In this document: one piece after another, positions 53,513 through 64,000 of the stretch | Position numbering within the stretch: position 1 is the stretch's first letter | Layout: the number at the start of each line of letters is the position of its first letter | Assembly (NCBI GenBank): GCA_043228905.1 | Contig: JBHGNT010000005.1 | Coordinates: 23,932,001-23,996,000 of the forward strand | Length of the DNA stretch: 64,000 nt | Direction of reading: 5' to 3' | DNA from: Azolla caroliniana | Lineage: Eukaryota > Plantae > Polypodiophyta | Made by a program: the position numbers and the translations under genes | The notes under the pieces: model-generated | The model's input: the letters and a program-made list of their open reading frames with translations, nothing else | The model's database searches: none | Told to the model about the DNA's origin: nothing

Positions 53513-54032
53513 AGTTCCATCACTTTCACCATTCCCCAATGATTGCTTTTATTAGAGTCTGTCAGAAACAAGGCATTACCATATCCACATTTTTTATCTT
53601 GGTCTATAAGATAATGTCATGGGCCAACTTCAATGTATAAAAGACACATAATTACCGATATATAATTTGAAGGCACCAGCAGCCTTGCCTTGTAAATGAA
53701 GCACTCAAAACCTTGAAATGTCCCAGTGAATGAGGTAAAAATCTACAGAAAAACCAGTAAGCATTTGGTAATCTGATACGCTTCCAAGTCTTTCAATTAC
53801 ATCTACTGCCCGCATTTGTCATTGAATCTTTTTATCTAGCCATGCTATATACATCAAAGCTTTTCTATTATCGCCTGATGTTCGGAAACAAGATGTGTAA
53901 TTAAATGTTGACTGCCGGTGGTCCCCTTTGTTTCTTCTCTTTATTAAAAAAAATGGGAGAAAGAAAGGATATGGGCTAAATTTACTTCAACTCTTAATCC
54001 CTGTCCAAATAATCTAAAATTAATTGTTGATC

Positions 54033-57000
54033 TCATTTCCTCTTTGAACCTTTAGTTTTCTTTCTAGCAATGGGCTTTATGGGTCTTGCAACCGATTTCA
54101 AGACTGGTTCTGTGTTTGATTTCAAGACTGGTGCAGTCACCACAGCCGGTTCTGGTCTAGTTGAACTTTCTGGTTTCCCCAAGTGTGATGTCTCTGGGAT
54201 TTGCAAGAAACTTTTCACAGACGGTCTCTTCATAACTGCCACAATAAATAACCATTTTGAATGAACGAACCCCCCATGGATTATATAAAATAATATTTAG
54301 GAAAAAACATATACACAAACCTGTTGACTGAACTAATGACCAGAAATTGGATGTCATCCAATAGAAGAAGAGTGCCTGAAACATACATGAACGAGAAGAA
54401 ATTCATTATTGCCAACTAAGAAAAGTACATGTGAGATGTTTAAAACTTGTTACTTTCACTTCACTTCAAGTTGGCACTAAGTTTTTATCAAATACATGTC
54501 AATACTTTTCTCTGCCATAAATTTGGTATTTCAAAGTTATAAGTGGGCAAAAGTCCAACATTTCTCTAGCTGCTCTCTTTTATCCCTTCATTTTTTCATA
54601 TACTGGGGCTGTAAAAAGGCAATAATCTGGATGCCACAATGCAAAATATACAATGTGCCAACTATGACTTAGAAGACCCCGACATGGCACCCTCAATATG
54701 TTTTAGGACACATGAACTAGCAGGAGCTCAGCAGACTGTATCACAAACATCTATGAAAAATAGTGTTTTGACACCATCTAGTTATCTACAACGAAATGAA
54801 CTTGTCACCTAATTCTAACAGCTTTATGTGCTTTCCATTACGAAATATGGGAACACAAATCATTACATCCTCTGGATATCGTAAAACACCAAAACCAGCA
54901 AAGTCTTCACCATCCAACCCTGCCCTATCAGAGCTGACCAGATTTATATTTCCACAACCATCACTCACAACACTATCAAAATCACCATTAACTCCATCCA
55001 AATCAAAATCACCATTAACTCCATCCAAATCAAAATCACCACTACACACTATCATCCACTTCACCCATGAACCAGCTAAAACTTTTAAGTCAGCACATCC
55101 ACAAGGGACTCTACCATCTATACCCAACCGTAACCCTTGATACCTTCACCTCCCAACTCTCTACTATAATCCATACCTCCACCATCAATAGTTTTCTACA
55201 CCACACTGTCAAGACCCCACCATCTCAGGAACATGACCTGGAACCCATTGATATAAAGAGGACTGTTAACAGATGCACCGACAACTTCATGCAAAGATAA
55301 ACCTTGGGTAAATTACATAATAAACAGCCCACAAGAAAATGGGAACTCTCATGCACCAAAGACAGCACATCTACAAGGAAGCATTACATTGGGCTTTATA
55401 ACCCCTCTTCATTAGCAAAGGCTCAGCCACAGCCTAGTGTCCCTTCAGAGAACCTCAACAAATGATTCTCAAACATAGCACTTATGCAGAGAGCATTTGT
55501 CATGTCCCTCATCAACACTGCTATCTCCACCTTCACCTCATACAAGGTTGAGAAGAAAGCATTACATTGGGCTTTATAACCCCTCTTCATTAGCAAAGGC
55601 TCAGCCCCAGCCTAGTGTCACTTCAGAGAACCTCAACAAATGATTCTCAAACATAGCACTTATGCAGAGAGCATTTGTCATGTCCCTCATCAACACTGCT
55701 ATCTCCACCTTCACCTCATACAAGGTTGAGAAGGCCATCTGATGCCTTCGACATGGACGACTATCTGAGCACACAAGACTACAAGATGGCAATCTTATAT
55801 ATGCTCCTACCCTCTCGCATATTTTCGATAGAGCACTGATGACCAGCTTCCCAACACATGGACTATGCACATGATCATACCTCTTCATAACTTAAAAAAC
55901 CTCTACAACCAAAGAGCTATTGGAATATCATCAGTGGCCACCCACTTGCAACACTTTATGGGTTGTTGTTTAACGCAGAACTCTACAAAATGTCAAGGTG
56001 GAAAAGGTACGAGTCCCAAACCAAGCAAGATGTAGGCGTGCCTCCTCCACCATCAATCACATCCTTATAGTATGTTGCTTTGTAGACCAAGCAAAACCAA
56101 AAAGAAATTATTTAAGTACATGGACGTCTACATGTTCCTAGTGCTCAGAGATCAATAGGCCAACTCAGCATTTCCTCCCACCATCTAGAGATTCAAGCAG
56201 GACAAGCACTTCACAAACATACCTACAGACTTTGCAAGCTATGTGAAAAAAATACCAAAAGCAAGCAACATTTACATGCAAGTACCCAGCGTCAAGCACA
56301 TTAAAAGAATTATGTCAAACTCTTTGTAGGCTTCACCACCATTCAAAAGCATAGAGAATCACCTCTATAGTACCCTATGGAATGCATTAGCAATCGCACA
56401 TCACTGATTTCTTCCAAAGGCCTGCACCTCTACAAACAATGTGCCAAGCCACCATAGAGCGCACAAAGGAATGTAAATGACAACAGAGACCATGAGTACC
56501 AAGAAACGAAGCACGCGGTGTCGTGTGGTTTTTCACACACGATATGAAAAGTATGTAAAAAAATAATGAAATAATTATTTTAGATTAGATTAGTGGCTTG
56601 ATATAGAAAGATGGATGTACTCACGAGCTTCAAAACGCATTTTACTACATATAAAATGGACAACTACATATCAAGTTAGGTGGACATGAAGTTTAAGAAG
56701 ATAAGGAAAATAGAAATTTGAAGTATCCCACATAGATAGGAAACTTTAGGAGCCCGCTATATAAGCAGATTGAGAACCATCATTTTTCATTTATGTGTTA
56801 AGAGCACAAAAGAAATAGTTGGGCTTGGGCCACTTTTGTATAGAAGGACAGATGTGGCTAAGTCGCCGGATGTGGCTAAGTTGCTCGAACCGGCCGGTGA
56901 TGGAACTCAAACTGGTCGGTGATAGTACCGAAAACCAGATGGAACCGGTGTACAACCGGTGACCGAGCAAAGCTGGCAACCGGAAACCGGACGGAGCCGG

Positions 57001-60000
57001 CGACCGGACGTATCTGGCAACCGGAGATGGGGCGGAGCCGGCAACCGGATGGAATCGGTGATCGAACCGAAACCGAACCGGACAGAGCCGACGACCGAAC
57101 AGATCCGGCAACCGGTGACCGGATAGAGCCAACGACCAGTTGCCGAATCCATCCGGTTGTCGACTCCGTCTGGTCGCCGATCGCTGGCTCCATCAGGTTT
57201 CCGGTTGCCAAATCCATCCGATCACTAGTCACCGGATCCGTCCGGTCGCCGATCGCCGAATCCGTCCGGTTGCCAGTTGCCAAATCCGCTCGGTCGTTGG
57301 TTGCCGGATCCATCCTGTCGTCGGTTGCCGGATCCGTCAGGTTTCCGGTTGCCAGCTTTGCCCTGTCACCAATGGAGTAGCCGGCTCCATACGGTTTTCG
57401 GTACTATCACCAACCAGTTTGAGTTCCATCACCGACCGGTTCGAGCAACTTAGCCACATCCGGCGACTTAGCCACATCTGTCCTTCTATACAAAAGTGGC
57501 CCAAGCCCAACTATTTCTTTTGTGCTCTTAACACATAAATGAAAAATGATGGTTCTCAATCTGCTTATATAGCGGGCTCCTAAAGTTTCCTATCTATGTG
57601 GGATACTTCAAATTTCTATTTTCCTTATCTTCTTAAACTTCATGTCCACCTAACTTGATATGTAGTCGTTCATTTTATATGTAGTAAAATGCGTTTTGAA
57701 GCTCTTGAGTACATCCATCTTTCTATATCAAGCCACTAATCTAATCTAAAATAATTATTTCATTATCTTTTTACATACTTTTCATATCGTGTGTGAAAAA
57801 CCACGCAACGGACCATACGAGCATCAGATGATGGAGATCACTACTCACCATGTCTGATCCACCAGAGGACACTCAAATGCAATCGGTGAACTTCGTCATA
57901 GCCTCCCTCCACCACAGTCATTGATATTAAATAATATGTCCCCTCACCACCATTCATTCTGCATGTAGTAGTTGAGCATTTCATGGTTATAACACCATAT
58001 CAAGCCTCATTTAGCAATCATGATTCATCTCATAGGCTGATTTTGGGCTCCAGTAGACATTAATATATCGTTCTTGTTCTTTGTTTCTCTAACCACCATT
58101 CTTCCCAAAACATTGTAGTTTTTTTGCACTTTATCCTTGCAAAACTATCTCAAGAATTAATACCCATTGTAAAGCCACCTCATGCATTATGAGTGATCCT
58201 TCCATTCTTCCCAAAACATTGTCGTTTTGCACTTTATTCTTGCAAAACTATGTCAAGAATTAATACCCATTGTAAAGCCACCTCATGCATTACGATTGGT
58301 CCTTCCATTCTTCCCAAAACATTGTAGTTTTGCACTTAATTCTTGCAAAACTATCTCAAGAATTAATACCCATTGTAAAGCCGCCTCATGCATTACTATT
58401 GGTCCTTCCATTCTTCCCAAAACATTGTATTTTTGCACTTTATTCTTGCAAAACTATCTCAAGAATTAATACCCATTGTAAAGCCACCTGGTCCTTGGGA
58501 AACAGCATTTTTCAAGTTTCAATATTGATAGCCTGAAGCTACTGATATTTGTAATCAGGACTTGTCTCATATCTCCATTTTTCTATCTCTAGGTGACTTT
58601 AATATTTTTTTCTTTCTATCATTCGTTACATACTTTATCATCTGCAGTATATTTCTTTGATGAGGCTACTCTCTGGCCATTTCAGAAATTCAAACATAGG
58701 CATTCAGAAGTTTCATCTTTTAAAAATACAAAGAGATCTGAAAAAAACAAGGTTAACAAGGAACGCTTAAAAGTTCTACCTTTTCAAAATTCATAGAAAT
58801 GGGAAACAGAACTATGGCAAAGATTCTCATGAATTTCTTCATCTTGTCAGCCAAAGGATTCCCTTCCATGCCTTCAGCAGCATTTAACTGAAAAATGAAA
58901 TGTCTCTTCAAGTTAAATTGCCTGCATAAAAACGTGATACTTCAAATAGAAAATTAATACCAAGAATCCCACCTCCACAGTCAGCAGAACACCCAGGCAT
59001 GTTGCTAGTGGCAATATATACGTGGTATCTGGAGTCGTGAGATCTGTAAACCATAGAAAACCTCCTCCTTTAAAGGATTCAACTCTCGCTGCCATATTTC
59101 TTATCTACAAGACCAAAGCCCACCTGGGATTAGTCAACGGTTTAATTAGACATGTTACTGAAACTCCTAGAATTAAGTAGCAACAGCATTTAATGAAAAA
59201 AATTAGAATGAACTTGAAAATCACAGGATGTACATTTATGAGTTGATGGAACTTGCCCAAGCAAAGAACTTACCGCAAAAAAGAAACACATGAAGATGGG
59301 AGCTTGTAAAAGTGCACCAACAAATGGAGAAAATGGAGTTGTGTTATATCTGAAAAAAATGTATGCACACCTTAATCAACTTTTATCTAGGAAACACTCT
59401 GCATAGAAGACGCCTGAATTAAGCAAGTACTGAAATATTCGTTGAACATTCACAGACCAACATTTCCAATCTTAATAAGAAAGCACAGAGCTTTCCCATG
59501 TTTTCTTCTATATCAAATTATCAAACACTTCAAACTGTAATCAATAAATAGAATATACCAACTTTGTAAAAAGTGCCATTATTCGTTCCCGAGCTTCAGC
59601 AGATACTCTTGGATCATAGCCCTACACACATGAAATACACTTGAAAAAAAATGAAAAACTAATATCAAAATGAAATTCAGCAAGGTAATGATTTGAGAAT
59701 TACACTATCTTTAATTTCAGCATTGATTCTCTCCATTTCTGGTCTCATCAACTGCAAAAAAAAAGAGCATCAATTGCAGAGATTCCTACAGAAACATCAA
59801 TTGCAGTAATCATTAAGTCCACATAACTTTGGATGCATACCGAGAGTTTAGCTGCAGATCTAAGCTGGAACACAACCACAGGAACACAGAATATTCGAAT
59901 CGCAAGAGTTGTGGCAGCAATTGCAGCCCACCTAATAAGTAATGTTCATTTGTATTAGCATAGAGAAGTCTCGAGAGATATGCACCTTCAGAAGGTAGTT

Positions 60001-61749
60001 AGGCATGAGGTTTGTTCACATAGCAACCTCAGGAATAGAGAAGTAACTATTTTTAAATCTCTGAAGAGTACTGCCAAACATTTTTTACCAATCACTTTGC
60101 TGTACTGCATATAGATTTAAAAATATATACATACATCACCTATACATATATATACAAATAAACCTACACGTGCATACATACATACCTATACACACAAAAT
60201 GCACATACATACATAAATACATTACTTGCATTTTGTCATTACAGTCTTTTATGTTATTTGAGAAGTTTATGAGAATTTTTTCCAGCATTCACACATAGAA
60301 GTACAATGTTTTGGTTCTAATAATTCCAAAATTCTGTGTCAAATGATGACAGATCAAAACTAGTATAAGAAACAGATCGCAACCTAATCTCAATCTTGTC
60401 TCTTTCCACCATTGGATAGATAAGTATCTCTCTATTTATCTATATACAGGGGAGTGTGTGTGTGTGTTGTGTGTATATTTGCAACCTGGTTTTCATTTTG
60501 TAACATTTCAATATGGGTACTAGTACACTTAACTATATAACTCTATGCATCACCATCTATCCATCTACCTGTATACATATATATGCCTATACTTCTAATA
60601 CATATAATACATTAGCATCTATCTATGTATACAGTATTTGCCACCTGAACTTAATTCAGTTCACTAAAGGTCATACAACACTACAAGCATGTAATGGCAT
60701 ACATCAGCATCCCCCCTTATCCATCTATTTCCCCATAAGCTATCACTATGGCCATTAGTAGACAAAAAACGTATAATTCAATCAAACAGCATTTATATAT
60801 CTACCTATATAACATCAATATATACGTACATACACACATCAATATATAACATCAATGTATCATTCTTATCTATATTTATACTTATAACATGTATATAAAT
60901 AGGTATACATATATAGCATATGTATATGTAGATTTCATCAGGTTTCCTTCCAATATCTACCACCATACAGTACAAATATAACCTTATAAAACAGCATCTA
61001 TGAATCTACTTAGATAGCATATAAAGCTACGCATAACACAAACACGTGTATGTATGAATGTATCCATGTATATTTGCGTACCATGGAAGCCCAGCATGGA
61101 GATGCACACCCTCAATGAGCAACTGCAAGAAAGCTGTTGGATAGGAACAATCTCCTATGACAGCACTCACTTCACTGATGGCTTGAGCTTGGGGTGTCAC
61201 CAATCCTGTTACAGTCTCTGTATCCACAAAACCTTCACTATTTCCTCCAGCCGTTACAGTCTCAGAGCTGTTTTTTCCATTCATAATCCCAAGCTCATCT
61301 TCCAACCTATTATCAGATGCTGATGTTGATGCTGATGCTGATGTAGCAACAGTACTACAAAACCTAACCCCAAAACTAGCGTCAGAAACCTTAAAAACGC
61401 ATTTTGATTGTGCATTAAAGCACTGCCCATTTAGCAGAGAAGCTTTTCTGATGCGAAAGGAATTCGTGGGTTGCTGTATTTCTGCTTGTGAAACAAGATG
61501 GGAAAGCCTAACACTAGAGGGGCTAAATTTATTAGATTTTCCTTCTTCTTCTTCTTCGTCACCATTATGGCCCAAGAGAGATCTGGCGTGAACAGAGAAG
61601 GTAGAATCGACGGGTTTCGGTCTTGGGTGGTGTTTGTCTGAGCTGTAGGAGGAGGCCAAATGGCGAGAGAGGTAAGATGATGACGATGAGGGGTTGAGAG
61701 ATTTGTGAGCTAACTGAGATGCTCTGCGCAGCAGTTGTCTCCCTCCCAT
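54033..61749 (-). CDS. OXA1: Mitochondrial inner-membrane insertase OXA1 (YidC/Oxa1 family, ~479 aa, 9 exons)
   Basis: Exons 61749-61082, 59931-59841, 59751-59704, 59621-59563, 59349-59274, 59104-58973, 58887-58780, 54375-54321, 54235-54033 splice in frame. Motifs GLPW|WAAIAATTLAIR, LQAPIFMCFFFA, GGFLWFTDLTTPD, ALFFYWMTSN; Arg/Ser-rich presequence and basic C-terminal tail. Confidence 0.95.
55379..55732. repeat. Tandem duplication, 178-bp unit x2 (OXA1 intron 7)
   Basis: AAGCATTACATTGGGC...AGGTTGAGAAG at 55379 and 55557. Confidence 0.9.
56525..57804. mobile_element. Foldback/long-TIR non-autonomous transposon (1.28-kb palindrome) in OXA1 intron 7
   Basis: Arms 56525-56936 and 57393-57804 are reverse complements with only a handful of mismatches. 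The GC-rich core consists of ~24-bp CCGG-rich repeats that are themselves arranged in inverted orientation. TSD not evident. Confidence 0.88.
58096..58488. repeat. Tandem repeat, ~103-bp unit x ~3.8
   Basis: CCATTCTTCCCAAAACATTGT at 58096, 58202, 58304 and 58407. Confidence 0.9.
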
Positions 61750-63049
61750 CTCTCCTACCTGCGAGCTCCCTCGCTCGCTCTTACAGCATTTCTCTCTCTC
61801 TCTCTCTCGAAGAATCAATGAGAGAAAGAAACAGAGAAACAGAGAGAGGCAAACGCAGAGGATCTGTCTGTCGTGGTGCTGTTTTTAGGAGGGTTTTCTG
61901 ACACTACAATGATGTATGTATGTATTGTAGATCATTTCCTGTGGGCACAACACAGTCTGTAGTCTGTTCTTTTTTTAGGGTTTTCTCCCATTTTAGAGTT
62001 CCATGATCCATCATCCCATACATAGGTTATATATACATACATCAATTGTTAGGTCATCCATGTGTTTATTTGCACCTAAATCATACCTAGGGTTAGCTGG
62101 CGAGGGAATTGCGACCACAGACGGTGCAAGTCAATCGCTCAGCTGAGGGCAAATGCGATATGCATCGTCTGATTTGTAGATAATAATAAACGCGCGCCAA
62201 ATACAAAGTTGTCAGTACTTGCCCCCAACTCTGACACCCTTATTCGCCCAACTATCACCAGCTCGGTTGCCCAACCAAATATGGTCGCCCAGCTATCACC
62301 AGCTCAGTCACCCAACCAAATATGGTCGCCCAACTAATGCAGCAAGTATAAAACCCTGAAACCTATCATTTTGTCACACTTTTTAAACGAGACTATTAGG
62401 GTTATGTGGCGGGAAAACAAAATTAGCCAACCAACCAACAATCGACGCGCATTTGGAACACCATCTTCATCGCTGCTTGCTTACTTCACTGGTTACTATT
62501 TTATTTGTTTCTATTTGTTCTACAATTTCTTTATACCTGCAAATCATATATTTCATGAAAATGTTTCAAAACTGGACAACGTTGTTGGATATGCTCTGGT
62601 TGGTGAGATTCTTGCTCTTGAAGAGAGATTGATTTACAATAGCCTAAAGAATACAAGGATTGTGTTATCACTCTCACGAAGTCTGTCTTTCAGATTAGAC
62701 CATTGCTCCCAAGCAAAGTTTCTTCAATATATGGATGAACCTATGGAAGCAAAGAAGAAGAAGGCAAAGATGAAGATTTCAATGATGAAGAGGAAGAAGA
62801 AAAGGATTCTATGTGGTATATTTTTTTTTTAAAGAAAGATACACCTTAGTATATTATGTGAGAAATGTACATATAGCAAACAGAAGGAGACATTTCATCT
62901 CACCTCTATTGTAATACAAAGGCCAATACCAACCTCTAATCAAACAAACGATATCATATAAGAAACAAGTGGAGCACAAACTACAAGTCATGCAATAAAA
63001 AAGAAGGTATGGCATAATCCCAGCTCATACTAGAAGTTGTATCTAAAAA

Positions 63050-63400
63050 TAAGTGAAGCCCTCGCCACCGTTTCTTAAAGTCCTCTATCTCACTTCATTT
63101 CCATCTTTTATTCCACGGTTTAGAATTGAAATTTTGGTTATTTGGCGTACTATTATGTCATTAGCTCTTTGGACAATATGGAAAGTGAGATGTGATGTTG
63201 TTTTTAACAATGCTCACATACATCTCCATACCATGCTTATTGAATTCTAGCTGTTATTTGTCCATACCCTACGTGAGCAATATGATGATCTACAAGGTTC
63301 AACTGATTCTATGTGGTATATTGATATTGTCATAGATGGATTAAAGCTTAGCAAAGATGGAGACGATTCTTCTGCAAAAATATGTGCCAAAAGCTTCAAA
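63050..63400 (+). mobile_element. LINE ORF2 C-terminal remnant
   Basis: IWRTIMSLALWTIWKVRCDVVFNN matches the W..W..RN..(V/I)F motif of plant L1 ORF2 C-termini. Confidence 0.55.
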
Positions 63401-63639
63401 TGCTTTGAAGGCGGTGAACCACAATCATCTACACCACCCATTAAATGACATAATTCACCTCTTTACGTCCACAAAAAGACATAGAAATATGACAAAGAAC
63501 GAAGATCCTTGTCAAAGAGGGGGGGGGGGATGATGGAGAAATTATTTTTCATGTGTTTTCTATGTATGTATGTATGTTTGTATGCATGCATGTATACATG
63601 TATGTATATGTATGCACAGAAAACTCCACCAATCTGTAT

Positions 63640-63878
63640 TCATGAAAATGGTTCCGAAATTGGACAACATTGCTCAACCTGGTGAGATTGAAAGGGCTTT
63701 GGACTTATTCAATGACGTAGTATTTGAGGCCAATATCCCTGATGTGGTTACCTTCCTTGTTTTGTTGAGTTCATGCAATCATGTAGGCCACGTGGAGGAG
63801 GGACAATGCGTTTTGATGATATGGAGAATGTTTATTGACGCGAACCTACCCAATGACATTTCAAGAAAGCAATGGTAG
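63640..63878 (+). pseudogene. PLS-class pentatricopeptide-repeat gene fragment
   Basis: GEIERALDLFNDV..E...PDVVTFLVLLSSCNHVGHVEEG is a typical PLS-PPR repeat; no intact upstream or downstream frame. Confidence 0.65.
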
Positions 63879-64000
63879 CTATTGAGAAGGTGCCACCATA
63901 TATATACTGATGTTGATATTACTTCATAATAATGTTGATATTGCTTCATAATAATGTTGACATTGCTTCATACATTTCTGTGAGATAATTTGATGCAAGA

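Noticed and set aside
54600-56500. C/A-rich intronic block with 113-114-aa ORFs (possible retroelement remnant)
   Set aside because: No diagnostic motif or termini could be identified; the ORFs arise partly from a 27-bp duplication.
56791-57538. Mirror-image ORFs on both strands
   Set aside because: A consequence of the GC-rich palindrome, not genes.

Overview
Eukaryotic land-plant nuclear DNA, most plausibly a fern or other non-seed plant (inferred from the PDX1, PUB, 2-Cys peroxiredoxin and OXA1 sequences and a Tcn1/sushi-type chromovirus gag). Seven protein genes can be reconstructed by hand, using GT-AG splice sites where they are spliced: PDX1 (+), PUB13-like U-box/ARM E3 ligase (+), chloroplast 2-Cys peroxiredoxin (-, 7 exons, largely invisible in the ORF track), MEKK1-like MAPKKK (-), ELM2/SANT protein (-), a strongly remodelled quinone-oxidoreductase (zeta-crystallin/MDR) homologue (+), and mitochondrial OXA1 (-). 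The first 8.3 kb is a nest of LTR retrotransposons and DNA transposons. LINE fragments, a solo-LTR candidate, a 1.28-kb foldback element and many short tandem duplications are scattered elsewhere. The most notable observation is a chromovirus-type gag element whose primer-binding site is complementary to its own predicted transcript 5' end (tRNA-independent self-priming) and whose LTR also carries a tRNA-like A-box/B-box cassette. Other notable items are the QOR homologue with poly-His/poly-Glu insertions and an altered NADPH motif, a triplicated splice donor in the peroxiredoxin gene, and a near-perfect intronic hairpin in OXA1. All coordinates were derived by eye and no database search was run.
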